The notes beneath the pieces are model-generated. The model ran no database searches and had not been told where the DNA came from. It saw only the letters and a list, made by a program, of their open reading frames with translations. The position numbers and the translations under genes are program-made. Of a DNA stretch of 64,000 bases, positions 1-8,678 are shown one piece after another. Numbering within the stretch: the stretch's first letter is position 1; every line of letters starts with the position of its first letter. Origin of the DNA: a virus; IMG/VR virus record IMGVR_UViG_3300027987_000212, positions 1-64,000 of that record. One strand, 5' to 3'.

Positions 1-177
1 TACCGCCGCCCCGGCGAACGTGCGTGGTACTACACCCCAGAGCTCTGCAAAGTCGAAAGTGCGGAGTACGTACTGAAGCGCTACCAGCAAGCCGGGCTTG
101 AAGCAGAGCGATGCACCGCCGACGATGCGCGTAAAGACTTACGTCGTCGAGGACTACTAAAAGGCAAGAGACGATGA
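1..177 (+). CDS. hypothetical protein, 5'-truncated at window edge
   Basis: Frame 1 is open from base 1 to TGA 175-177 (YRRPGERAWYYTPELC...); ATGA overlap with the next gene. Confidence 0.6.
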   Translation, partial: YRRPGERAWYYTPELCKVESAEYVLKRYQQAGLEAERCTADDARKDLRRRGLLKGKRR

Positions 178-698
178 CCACAGTTACTGCACCTTTCAGT
201 ATTACAGAGCTCATCGAACAGCATCGAGTACAACGAGCAGTGCTGCCTGACGCCCTGTCTGCATTGATGCGGCTAGCGGTGGAGGACGTTCAATACCTCG
301 AGAAGCTACCTTGGGTCAGGCTAGACATGAGCTACTGGGTTCACACGTGGCCCGACACAAGTGACCGAGAAACGTGTACCATCTGCTGGGCTGGTGCCAT
401 GCTGATTCGTAGGGTTGCCAACTGGGAGGAGCACTTACCCAGCATCGGCCAGAACTCTCGCCTAAGCAACACGCTCAGGGCACTAGATGAAGCTCGGCGC
501 GGGAACATCGCACGCGCTCTGGCGTACCTGTCTCCGACTGGCTACGCGCCTACGAGTATGACCGAACAGCAACACAAGGCTGTACGTCAGGCAGGACACC
601 TAATCTCTACAACCCTACGCACTACGGAGGAGGGCTACCACGCTACTTGGTCTGACTACCTAGCTGCGGCTAACATCCTCGAAGCGGTAGGGCTGTAG
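174..698 (+). CDS. hypothetical phage protein (CTICWAGA motif)
   Basis: 174-aa ORF with an overlapping start; the CxxCxAG motif is typical of small phage proteins of unknown function. Confidence 0.8.
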   Translation: MTTVTAPFSITELIEQHRVQRAVLPDALSALMRLAVEDVQYLEKLPWVRLDMSYWVHTWPDTSDRETCTICWAGAMLIRRVANWEEHLPSIGQNSRLSNTLRALDEARRGNIARALAYLSPTGYAPTSMTEQQHKAVRQAGHLISTTLRTTEEGYHATWSDYLAAANILEAVGL

Positions 699-1076
699 AT
701 GCACACGCCTACCTGCCCCATCTGCGGCTCACCTCTAGCCGAAGGCATTCCAGGCGGCTGGTGTACGGGTCGCTACAAGAAGAACGTCCTCTGCAATTTC
801 ACCATCGGCGACGGTGAGCCCATGGAAGAAGCCATCGCGCGGTACCACCAGGAGGAAGCCGCGCGTCAACACGCAGCCAAGGTGCATGCGGCACTCCCCC
901 TAGCACACATGCTGGTAGTCGAAGCGGAGTCTTACGGGCTGCACATCGAGTACCTGCTCGAGTTAGTGCGCAAGCGCCTCCGCAGCATAGTACTGACTGA
1001 AGCCGCAGTGCACTCACTCTGTGCGCGGCTAAGGCTGCGAGACCAGCCACCTACAGGGGATAAGAGCAGCGAGTAA
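699..1076 (+). CDS. hypothetical protein with N-terminal Zn ribbon
   Basis: CPICG...WC...C pattern; abuts upstream stop. Confidence 0.75.
   Translation: MHTPTCPICGSPLAEGIPGGWCTGRYKKNVLCNFTIGDGEPMEEAIARYHQEEAARQHAAKVHAALPLAHMLVVEAESYGLHIEYLLELVRKRLRSIVLTEAAVHSLCARLRLRDQPPTGDKSSE
1056..1065 (+). promoter_or_regulatory. candidate phage promoter element GGNGATAAGA
   Basis: GGGGATAAGA about 20 nt upstream of the GGAGG RBS of gene 1094; the same motif occurs at 5199, 22964, 23762 and 32404. Confidence 0.45.
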
Positions 1077-1093
1077 CCTGCACGGAGGCACAA

Positions 1094-1312
1094 ATGGTTG
1101 TTGGAGAACTACGCGAATTGATTGCCGACCTAGCCGACGACGTCGAGGTTCGCCTCATGTATGACGAGGGCTACCCAAAACACAGCGAGGTACTGGGCAC
1201 CATCTGCCACACCGACCTGCCAGGTAAGGAAGACGAGCAAGAAGCCCTTTACCTCGTTGCTGGCGGTACGGAAGAATACGGGTTCAGAGACGCCTGGAAC
1301 TTGTGCTGCTGA
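1094..1312 (+). CDS. hypothetical acidic protein (MxVGELxExL type)
   Basis: 72 aa, GGAGG RBS at about 1085. Confidence 0.8.
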   Translation: MVVGELRELIADLADDVEVRLMYDEGYPKHSEVLGTICHTDLPGKEDEQEALYLVAGGTEEYGFRDAWNLCC

Positions 1313-1698
1313 GCTGCAGCTGGCACACATGCCGGCATGGTACGATTCTTCTTCACTACTCCTGCCAAGCGCTGGTCAAAGCCGTCATCGAAAGCATCGA
1401 AGCCACCCAACAAGGAGAGGTGCGCCGACTCAAAGCTTGGTACCAGGCCAAGCTTGGTGCGCATGCGCGCCTCTCCAAGTGGATTCGGTGGGCTGTACCT
1501 AAACCGGAAGACCCGTCAGTACCTCACGGCAACGTGACGACGTCTGCCATCGAATCCGCCTACGACATCGGGGCACGCACCCTGCAACTCGCTCGCCTCA
1601 TCCGCGACATCGAGGGTAGCGAGGGCGTGTCCATAGATGCATCGGATTACCACGAGTTTTTGCAGTGGGTTCGTAAGCCACTACCGCCTCTATACTAG
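1303..1698 (+). CDS. hypothetical protein, start uncertain
   Basis: 131-aa ORF filling the gap between neighbours; C-terminal part looks protein-like. Confidence 0.6.
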   Translation: MLLSCSWHTCRHGTILLHYSCQALVKAVIESIEATQQGEVRRLKAWYQAKLGAHARLSKWIRWAVPKPEDPSVPHGNVTTSAIESAYDIGARTLQLARLIRDIEGSEGVSIDASDYHEFLQWVRKPLPPLY

Positions 1699-1710
1699 GA
1701 GTCAACGAGT

Positions 1711-1884
1711 ATGGACGAGATAACCGTACGCATCCTCCGGGATGGGGCACTCTCACAGGTTACTGTGTACAAGAATGGTCGACCCCTCCTTCTGGTAGGC
1801 AGTGCGCAAATCCACAACCTACCTCTTACCGCGAGGGTAGTCATCGAAGCAGTTAACGAATTCATCCTTGCCGAGTCGAGGTAG
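1711..1884 (+). CDS. hypothetical protein (57 aa, not in ORF track)
   Basis: MDEITVRILRDGALSQVTVYKNGRPLLLVG..., AGGAG upstream, fills the intergenic gap. Confidence 0.65.
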   Translation: MDEITVRILRDGALSQVTVYKNGRPLLLVGSAQIHNLPLTARVVIEAVNEFILAESR

Positions 1885-1890
1885 GGCATC

Positions 1891-2304
1891 ATGAACTACA
1901 CGAAACGAGAATGGGTCAAAGGAGCCAAGGTCCCTGTACTCATGCAGGGCGGCAAGATGTTGCCGTGGACCGTACAACAACCGGGACGCGCGTACGTCAC
2001 ACTGCTGCGCAAGGGCAGGCAGTTCAAAGTAGACCTACTCACCGGCAAGCCGCCCATAGCTTTTCAACTACAACCTTCAGAGGCCAAGGAATTCAGGTAC
2101 GGGGGTAGTGCAAACGTCCCAGTGCGCGCTTGGCCCACTGAGGTAGCTTATCTGCACGACGTGCAGCATGAATCGTACAGAGCCGCCATCTGCAACTACG
2201 TACAGCAGACAGGTTGTGTCGGCCTAACCCTGCCGCAACTGGCAACCATCGCCCTCACCCTGAAACTCACCCCAGACTTTGACCCCAAGAAAGTTGGTAG
2301 GTAA
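1891..2304 (+). CDS. paralogue family member 1 (DW-x-x-G...TG...WP...Y family)
   Basis: YTKREWVKGAKV...VDLLTG...RAWPTEVAY; aligns by eye with six neighbours. Confidence 0.85.
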   Translation: MNYTKREWVKGAKVPVLMQGGKMLPWTVQQPGRAYVTLLRKGRQFKVDLLTGKPPIAFQLQPSEAKEFRYGGSANVPVRAWPTEVAYLHDVQHESYRAAICNYVQQTGCVGLTLPQLATIALTLKLTPDFDPKKVGR

Positions 2305-2645
2305 TGCGATATACTAAGGAAGACTGGGTAGTAGGCAGCAAGGTCGTCGTACGTGCCAACAAACTCGGCTATGGGTACGTAGCACGCGTGGGAACAAAGT
2401 ACGTCGTCCTTCGCAGCGGCTTCAAAGTATTCGTCACGACAGGGCAAAGCCACGGCCTACACTTCTACCGAGTATGGCCTACGCTCGAGGCCTATCGCAC
2501 GGAGGTCCGCCGAGCCAAACTCCTGGATGAGCTGCGCGTCTACTTCAACTCCCATCAGCACGAGCCAGACGACCCTCCGCTCGAGTTGGTAGAAGAGCTG
2601 GCCAGGCTGCTCAACATCGTCGTCGTAGTGGAGGACCCGACATGA
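2304..2645 (+). CDS. paralogue family member 2
   Basis: YTKEDWVVGSKV...VGTKYV...VTTG...VWPTLEAY. Confidence 0.85.
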   Translation: MRYTKEDWVVGSKVVVRANKLGYGYVARVGTKYVVLRSGFKVFVTTGQSHGLHFYRVWPTLEAYRTEVRRAKLLDELRVYFNSHQHEPDDPPLELVEELARLLNIVVVVEDPT

Positions 2646-2977
2646 CACTCTACGCGAAGAAAGACTGGGTTGCGGGCGCCAAGGTAGTCGTGAGAGCGTA
2701 CCGTGAAGTACGCTTCAGCACCGTCGCCAGCATTGGCGCCAAATATGTGCAGATAACAGGCCACACACGAGTCTTGTGGAGTACAGGTCAAAACCCGAAA
2801 GCGCATGAGTACCAAGTGTGGCCCAGCCAAGACGCGTACCTAGCGCATATGCGAGCTGAGGACTTGTGGCATAAACTCAAAGCCTTCTTCAGTTCCTGGT
2901 CACCTAAGCCAATACCTCTCACAACGCTAGAGGAGGTCTCCAAACTCCTCGGCGTCAACACAGACACCACGGACTAG
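2642..2977 (+). CDS. paralogue family member 3
   Basis: YAKKDWVAGAKV...IGAKYV...WSTG...VWPSQDAY. Confidence 0.85.
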   Translation: MTLYAKKDWVAGAKVVVRAYREVRFSTVASIGAKYVQITGHTRVLWSTGQNPKAHEYQVWPSQDAYLAHMRAEDLWHKLKAFFSSWSPKPIPLTTLEEVSKLLGVNTDTTD

Positions 2978-2978
2978 A

Positions 2979-3362
2979 ATGGCGACTTACACAAGACAGG
3001 ATTGGCAAGTAGGTAAGTTAGTGCCTGCCGATACTTGGGAAACCGAGTTAACCTACTGGCGTGTGAAAAGCGTTGGTCGCCGCTACATCACATTGACTCG
3101 AGCCAAGCTCACCGTGCAGGTAGAGCTAACCACCGGCAAGCTGCGGGAAGACTGTGCGCCCAAGACATTCCGGGAGCGCGTAGAGTACCCGGCCCGTGTG
3201 TGGCCGACCAAAACAGCCTACAAAGCACACCGCTACCACACTGCGGTGAAATACGTCGTACGCTCGTACTTCCAAACCACGGGAGGTGCAGCCGCAACCC
3301 TCGAGCAGCTGCTAGCCGTTGCCAAAATCCTGAAGCTCCAACTCCCGAAAGCCCCAAAATGA
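2979..3362 (+). CDS. paralogue family member 4
   Basis: YTRQDWQVGKLV...VGRRYI...LTTG...VWPTKTAY. Confidence 0.85.
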   Translation: MATYTRQDWQVGKLVPADTWETELTYWRVKSVGRRYITLTRAKLTVQVELTTGKLREDCAPKTFRERVEYPARVWPTKTAYKAHRYHTAVKYVVRSYFQTTGGAAATLEQLLAVAKILKLQLPKAPK

Positions 3363-3706
3363 CTGCACCGTACAAGAAAGAAGACTGGGTAGTAGGTACA
3401 GGCGCACTCGTCCGGTATCACGACCGTGTTGGCGCCAAGATAGAGACTCGCATCATTGACCGGGTGGGCCGGCAATACGTCCACCTCGGGAATACCTACC
3501 GCGTAGAGATAGCCACCGGAGAGGACCCCAACAATCATGGCTTTCAAGCCTGGCCCAACGCAGACGCGTACGAGGCCTACAAGCACTTGAAACGACTCCA
3601 AAGCACTGTGCATAGGCACTTCTCCCGTACCTGGGCACGCGACCTAACCATAGGCCAAGCAGACGCCATCATCCAACTTCTGGGCATCGACATCGAAGGA
3701 GCATGA
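3359..3706 (+). CDS. paralogue family member 5 (true start ATG 3359, 115 aa)
   Basis: YKKEDWVVGTGA...VGRQYV...IATG...AWPNADAY; ATGA overlap with member 4. Confidence 0.85.
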   Translation: MTAPYKKEDWVVGTGALVRYHDRVGAKIETRIIDRVGRQYVHLGNTYRVEIATGEDPNNHGFQAWPNADAYEAYKHLKRLQSTVHRHFSRTWARDLTIGQADAIIQLLGIDIEGA

Positions 3707-4152
3707 GCATGACCCCCGAGAAAGTCATCGAAGTACTCGCTTCCCTCAAAGACACACTCCTATGCGAGCTGCTGGATGGGACACCACCAGAACAACTGGA
3801 TGCGGAGGACTACAAGAACAGCATCGAGTTCGTCTCCGAGGACAGGGCAATCCAACACTTCGCCTGGATGTGCGACGAGGCCACCAAACTAGTGCAGCAA
3901 GGTCGAATGGAAAAAGCCATGCGCTGGCTGGGATTCATCAATGGCGGCGTCTGGATGTGCGGCCTATTGACCCTGGACGAGGTGAAGCAGCTCAGCGCCC
4001 CGACACCTGTACCGACTACCACGCTTGACCAACCTGACCCAACCGGCATCCACCTCGTCGTGCACGAAGAGGTTGTACTGCCGGAACACCCCAATCTCGA
4101 AGCCATCAGTAAACTTGAGCTGACCTCAGAGATGGGCAAGAAAGATGACTAA
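3703..4152 (+). CDS. hypothetical phage protein
   Basis: 149 aa; HFAWMC...KAMRWLGFI motif resembles a recurrent phage family of unknown function. Confidence 0.75.
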   Translation: MSMTPEKVIEVLASLKDTLLCELLDGTPPEQLDAEDYKNSIEFVSEDRAIQHFAWMCDEATKLVQQGRMEKAMRWLGFINGGVWMCGLLTLDEVKQLSAPTPVPTTTLDQPDPTGIHLVVHEEVVLPEHPNLEAISKLELTSEMGKKDD

Positions 4153-4882
4153 CAGCAAGGACAAAAGGGCCGAGGGCATGCTCTACACGTCTTTCGTCGA
4201 ACGCGAGGGCGGCACTCCCGAGTATGCCTCAGCCGTGCGAGACACGCGCGCATACCTCTTCTTCAAATTGCGTAACATCGGGTTAGTCACTGGCAACTAC
4301 GAAGCGCCAAAGCTCACTGAGGCAGGTAAAGCGGTGTTCGGTAGTTGGTTGCTTCGTACTCCGCAGGACGAGTACATACCAATCCTCCCACACCTACTGA
4401 GTACTGTTCCTGAGCAAGAACACGCAGCAGCCCAACACCAAGTACTGTCCCAAGATACGAAGACTTCCCTCGTAAGCTCCACCCTTCCGCACCTGGAGGA
4501 AGAAGCCCGCGCACTCAACGCGAGCATCCCGAACACAGAGAAGTGCAGACTACTGGCTTGTGAAGAGGTGTTCGTTAACGACTTGGGGTTGAAGCGCGTA
4601 CTCGCATCGACCCAGTTCGGGGGTAACGCCTCGTGGGTAACTACGGGTAGACCCATCGAGAAGGTGAACAACGACGGAGAGACCGCTATGCTCACCTTCC
4701 CCTTCTTCTGGTTCTACTGGAGCGAGCTCACAGACAAACCGCCCTCTAGTCAACAAGTCCTGAAGCCCATCGTTGACTTCGACCCCAAGCCCAGCCAACC
4801 CCCAAGCAAGCTCAAGTTTCCCGATGAAGCACAAGAAGACCGACTGGAAGCTCAAGACGGTAGTACCTGTCGCCCACAATGA
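4145..4882 (+). CDS. hypothetical protein
   Basis: 245-aa ORF overlapping both neighbours. Confidence 0.7.
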   Translation: MTNSKDKRAEGMLYTSFVEREGGTPEYASAVRDTRAYLFFKLRNIGLVTGNYEAPKLTEAGKAVFGSWLLRTPQDEYIPILPHLLSTVPEQEHAAAQHQVLSQDTKTSLVSSTLPHLEEEARALNASIPNTEKCRLLACEEVFVNDLGLKRVLASTQFGGNASWVTTGRPIEKVNNDGETAMLTFPFFWFYWSELTDKPPSSQQVLKPIVDFDPKPSQPPSKLKFPDEAQEDRLEAQDGSTCRPQ

Positions 4883-5195
4883 GGTAGACCCGCCCGAAGA
4901 GCACGAGGTCACTGCCCTCAGTAGTACCTGCGCGCAAGTAGGGCCGTACACCGTACGGCTCCTCACGGGGCGGTCGACGGAAGAGCGTAGGTACAAGACC
5001 CCCAGTGGATACGCGCTGATACCAGCCTCGACTACTGCGTGGCCCTCCTGGGATGCGTACCGGGAGGACATGCTCCGGCGTAGGCTCAAGCTGCGGGTAC
5101 TTCGTTACTTGAACCACGCGTCCGACTCGCAGACAGTCTCGAGCAAAGAACTGCGCGCCATCATGGGCATCTTGCGCATACCAGAAGAACCTTGA
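4824..5195 (+). CDS. paralogue family member 6 (start ATG 4824, 123 aa)
   Basis: HKKTDWKLKTVV...VRLLTG...AWPSWDAY...ELRAIMGIL. Confidence 0.8.
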   Translation: MKHKKTDWKLKTVVPVAHNEVDPPEEHEVTALSSTCAQVGPYTVRLLTGRSTEERRYKTPSGYALIPASTTAWPSWDAYREDMLRRRLKLRVLRYLNHASDSQTVSSKELRAIMGILRIPEEP

Positions 5196-5198
5196 AGC

Positions 5199-5208
5199 GG
5201 GGATAAGT
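5199..5208 (+). promoter_or_regulatory. candidate phage promoter element GGNGATAAG
   Basis: Intergenic GGGGATAAGT followed by TAAGGAG and AAGGAG before gene 5243. Confidence 0.45.
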
Positions 5209-5242
5209 ACTAAGGAGACAGGCTCCCAAGGAGAACAACGCA

Positions 5243-5605
5243 ATGCCATACGACAGGAAGAGCTGGGTAGTGGGGTCCACCATTCCCGTGCAGTACAGTG
5301 GGATGCTGTACGAACACAAGGTATCTCGAGTAAGCCTGAACTGCGTCATCATCGATGAGATGAAGCGGTACCTGACGGTGGACCTCAAGACCGGGAAGAG
5401 CAGCCCCGAAAGGCCACGAGTACGGGCGTGGCCCTCATGGGCGCACTACCGCCGATACCAGCGCACGGCCAAGATACGACAGCAACTAGTTCAACACTTC
5501 TCCGACGAGAAGACCACCGAATCCCCCACAATCTACGAACTGCTCGAAATCCTCCGTCTAGCGGGCTTGAAGGAAGAAAAGGACCCCGACGATGGCCGCC
5601 ACTAA
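5243..5605 (+). CDS. paralogue family member 7
   Basis: YDRKSWVVGSTI...VDLKTG...AWPSWAHY...ELLEILRL. Confidence 0.85.
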   Translation: MPYDRKSWVVGSTIPVQYSGMLYEHKVSRVSLNCVIIDEMKRYLTVDLKTGKSSPERPRVRAWPSWAHYRRYQRTAKIRQQLVQHFSDEKTTESPTIYELLEILRLAGLKEEKDPDDGRH

Positions 5606-5786
5606 ACGACCTACAACCGTAGAGCGTGCAGCGATTGCGTGGTGGGAAGACAAGAGGCCCTGTGTGTTCACCCTAGACGAGCACTTAGCCAACCCCACCA
5701 TCAACACCACGACGGACTCAGAGAAGGAGCTCGCTCTGCGTGTGTCCTTGCTGGTACGCCTCAACCGCCCAGAGAAACGTCGATGA
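5592..5786 (+). CDS. hypothetical protein
   Basis: 64 aa, overlapping coupling on both sides. Confidence 0.65.
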   Translation: MAATKRPTTVERAAIAWWEDKRPCVFTLDEHLANPTINTTTDSEKELALRVSLLVRLNRPEKRR

Positions 5787-6016
5787 CCAAGAAAGAGAAG
5801 CGTCGACTAGCCAAAGCCTACGTTCTTCGCGTCGCGGCCGAGTCCCTCGAGCTCGACTTGGATAGTGGCGCGGAGTACCTCGATAGTGAGGACGAGGTCA
5901 TGTACCGACTGCGCTTGGATGAGCAAACCCTCCTTGCACGAACACTGCGCCGACGAGCTGCAAAGCTTGACGGCAAGGACTTCTTTCACAACGTCACCAA
6001 ACCAACTCAGGAGTAA
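5783..6016 (+). CDS. hypothetical protein (start ATG 5783, 77 aa)
   Basis: MTKKEKRRLAKAYVLRV..., ATGA overlap. Confidence 0.65.
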   Translation: MTKKEKRRLAKAYVLRVAAESLELDLDSGAEYLDSEDEVMYRLRLDEQTLLARTLRRRAAKLDGKDFFHNVTKPTQE

Positions 6017-6018
6017 CC

Positions 6019-6321
6019 ATGTACTGGATTGACCTCTTCGCCCTGTGGTTGGGTCGAAGCATCATGGCATTTGGCGTACTCGCCGTCTTTGCCCTTCTCG
6101 CAGAGAACGGACTCGACAAGATTCTACGCCGCTTTCAGATGTACAGCACGCTACTAGCTGCCATTCGTCTAGTGAGCAACGCAAAGCACCATGAGAAGGT
6201 ACAAAGAGAAGTAGCTCGAATGCGGGCACAACGACGTAAGTCCTCTGGTGCATCCATACGTTGGTTCGACGCTGAGGGAGAGGAGGTACCGTGTCCAGAC
6301 GAGCCAAAAGACAGAGCGTGA
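6019..6321 (+). CDS. small membrane protein
   Basis: Hydrophobic N-terminus LFALWLGRSIMAFGVLAVFALLA; AGGAG RBS. Confidence 0.75.
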   Translation: MYWIDLFALWLGRSIMAFGVLAVFALLAENGLDKILRRFQMYSTLLAAIRLVSNAKHHEKVQREVARMRAQRRKSSGASIRWFDAEGEEVPCPDEPKDRA

Positions 6322-6668
6322 ACACTGCCCGTACCGGCTCCACAACGCGCAAAGCGGTGAGCACTATGTGTCGTTGGTGCGGACGAGCACTCAACACCCA
6401 CATGAACGCGTACTACTTCTCGTTCCGTGCGACCAACATGCCGGAGGTAGACCGCATCTTGTGTGCCGTCGCACACGCGGGTAAGCGCTACACAAACACC
6501 GGTGACTGGCGAGGGTATTCCCACGCTACTACTCCGGACCTCGTAGAGCCCATTCAGCTGGCTGCCGACATCGCAGGTCAAGCACTGCTGGATGCTCAAG
6601 TGAAGGTGAAGCAGCTTCGCAAAGAGGTCGCCCAACTCAAGAAGCAGCTCGCGAGTAAAGAGGACTAG
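6318..6668 (+). CDS. hypothetical protein with CxxC and C-terminal coiled coil
   Basis: GTG 6318 with GTGA overlap; CRWCG; heptad-like tail. Confidence 0.7.
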   Translation: MNTARTGSTTRKAVSTMCRWCGRALNTHMNAYYFSFRATNMPEVDRILCAVAHAGKRYTNTGDWRGYSHATTPDLVEPIQLAADIAGQALLDAQVKVKQLRKEVAQLKKQLASKED

Positions 6669-7406
6669 ATGCCCAAACGACTAGACATAAACCTCGGACC
6701 ACACGGACACCTACAACCTTCGCTTGCAAACAACGAGGATGCCGAGATGACCGAACATCCCATACCAACCCAGTGCCCAGACTGCGGTAGGTCTACTTGC
6801 CCACGCCTTCCACCTACTTGCTTTACGCTCCCACTCAACGCCGCGTTCAAAGTATGCCTGACTACGCAGCGTGACGATGCACTAGAGCAAGTGGAGCGTT
6901 TGAAGGCACTCGTACAAACACTCGAGGAGCAGCTACCAAAAGTCGTAAGTGAGCCAACCGGTAATGACGACTACGATGAAGTCTGCAGCGTGTGTGGAGA
7001 AATCACCGCGGGCACGCACACCCCTCAACAGTGCCACGACGGTGCTATGCGCATTGCCGACGCAGCAATGTCACGTGCGGGGGAACTTGAGGAGGAAAAC
7101 ACGACACTACGAGAAAAGTTGTCGCTCGTCGCACTAAACTCAAGCACGCAGACAAAGAACGTCCTCGAAGAAGCGCGTACTGGCCCAATACACTCGTCAG
7201 ACGTAGGCACCCAAGTAAACACCGCACTGAAGGACTTACTAACACGTACGCGCCTAGCGCTGGCCGCCTGCTTGCCGGACAGTCACATGTACCTCATCAC
7301 TGAGTTCACCCAGTTCGAGCACCGCCTTCTCGATGTAGTGGCACTCGCGCAGTACTCACAAACTCTGCCAGTCAACCACTCGTCAGAGCCCAAGGAGCCA
7401 GAATGA
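6669..7406 (+). CDS. Zn-finger and coiled-coil hypothetical protein
   Basis: CPDCGRSTC, CSVCGE...H...C and heptad segments. Confidence 0.75.
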   Translation: MPKRLDINLGPHGHLQPSLANNEDAEMTEHPIPTQCPDCGRSTCPRLPPTCFTLPLNAAFKVCLTTQRDDALEQVERLKALVQTLEEQLPKVVSEPTGNDDYDEVCSVCGEITAGTHTPQQCHDGAMRIADAAMSRAGELEEENTTLREKLSLVALNSSTQTKNVLEEARTGPIHSSDVGTQVNTALKDLLTRTRLALAACLPDSHMYLITEFTQFEHRLLDVVALAQYSQTLPVNHSSEPKEPE

Positions 7407-7663
7407 CTGAAGGACCGCAACCACGTCTGACGCTCGACATCATCAACACTCTGGTACCCGAGCACAGCATCCTGCGCTACCAAGACAAGGTCATCTGCTC
7501 TGACGACAAGCGAGTAGGTGGCCTTCGCCACGAATTCGCCGACAAGGAATGGCGCTGCAAGCGCTGTGTACTTCTGGACCTGCTAGACGACTACCCTGTG
7601 CCAGAGTGGGCACAAGAAGCAGCGGTAGTGCTGCAAGTACGCTACGTAGGAAACGTGAGGTAA
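7403..7663 (+). CDS. hypothetical Cys-containing protein
   Basis: 86 aa, ICSD...CKRC. Confidence 0.7.
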   Translation: MTEGPQPRLTLDIINTLVPEHSILRYQDKVICSDDKRVGGLRHEFADKEWRCKRCVLLDLLDDYPVPEWAQEAAVVLQVRYVGNVR

Positions 7664-7665
7664 CC

Positions 7666-8136
7666 ATGAACGACCTAGCAACTTTCATCCACTCGCGTGG
7701 ATACACCACCACAACACTAGCCCAGAAGATGGGAATGCACCCTACCCGCCTACAGAACTTGGTGGAGGTACTGCAGAACCCAGAAGCACTGGGAGCGGTG
7801 TTCAGCAAAGACCTCATCGAGTTGGCTGACGTACTCGAATGCAGCATGGACAGACTCTGCGGCAGGAAGATGCCCACGAGTAGCGTAAACCTACTCTCCC
7901 TTGCAGATGCTGAACAAGTTTACGAGGCCACAACTATGCCAGGAGTTGCCCTACCCTGGGCTCAACTACCCGTAGAGTCTCGCCAACACGTGCACAAGTT
8001 ACTCAACGCAGCCCGCCGGTACGAACCGCTCACGTTCGCCGACCGACTTCGTGCAGCCGTCAAACTACTGGGCGACGCACACCCAGATGCTGTGGGCATC
8101 CTACAAAAGGTCATCGATGACAACGAGCAGCAATGA
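7666..8136 (+). CDS. XRE-like helix-turn-helix protein (start ATG 7666, 156 aa)
   Basis: GYTTTTLAQKMGMHPTRL...LIELADVLECSMDRLCG matches the XRE HTH pattern; GAGG RBS. Confidence 0.7.
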   Translation: MNDLATFIHSRGYTTTTLAQKMGMHPTRLQNLVEVLQNPEALGAVFSKDLIELADVLECSMDRLCGRKMPTSSVNLLSLADAEQVYEATTMPGVALPWAQLPVESRQHVHKLLNAARRYEPLTFADRLRAAVKLLGDAHPDAVGILQKVIDDNEQQ

Positions 8137-8282
8137 GGCAGAAGTACAGGTTCTCGCACTCACCATCGACCGCCAGTACTTGCCCGCGGGCTCGTACCAA
8201 ATCATCGCCTTCCTCGTCCAAGAAGGCTCTAGCGACAACCCGTACACGTAAGCCCTTACACTCAACGAGAAAGGACCACCTG

Positions 8283-8678
8283 ATGAGCAATGTGACCTGG
8301 GAGATGATGCACAGAGCCCAAGCCAAAGCATTCACCGAGCTGTTCCTCGAGAAGGACGGGGCAGTACAACTAGTCGTGATGCCCTTCTTGCTAGGCGTAG
8401 AGATTCCTGATGGCGTAAGGGGAGAGGAACTCGTCGTCTTGGACATCGACAGCGCGCACCCCATCCCTCCGCAGGACCTCTCTTGCGACGAGGATGCCCT
8501 GCGCGTAACACTGTCTTTCAACCGAACACCCTTCAAAGTAGTGCTTCCCTGGGGTTCCCTCCGCTCCATCCAGTCCTTGCGCGGAAAAGTTGCCTCAGAA
8601 CAGGACAGCCCTTCTTCCGATACTCCGGCACAACCGAGCCCACTACGAAGCATCAAGGGCGGGAAGTCAGATGCTTGA
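8283..8678 (+). CDS. sspB: SspB-like ClpXP protease adaptor (start ATG 8283, 131 aa)
   Basis: GVEIP...LVVLDI...PPQDLSCDEDALRVTLSFNRTPFKVVLPWGSLRSI resembles the SspB core; disordered tail ends LRSIKGGK, like ClpX-binding LRVVK tails; AAAGGA RBS. Confidence 0.7.
   Translation: MSNVTWEMMHRAQAKAFTELFLEKDGAVQLVVMPFLLGVEIPDGVRGEELVVLDIDSAHPIPPQDLSCDEDALRVTLSFNRTPFKVVLPWGSLRSIQSLRGKVASEQDSPSSDTPAQPSPLRSIKGGKSDA

Noticed and set aside
8133-8282. N-terminal 50 aa of the 181-aa ORF as part of SspB
   Set aside because: Low-complexity S/T/R text; a good RBS precedes ATG 8283 instead
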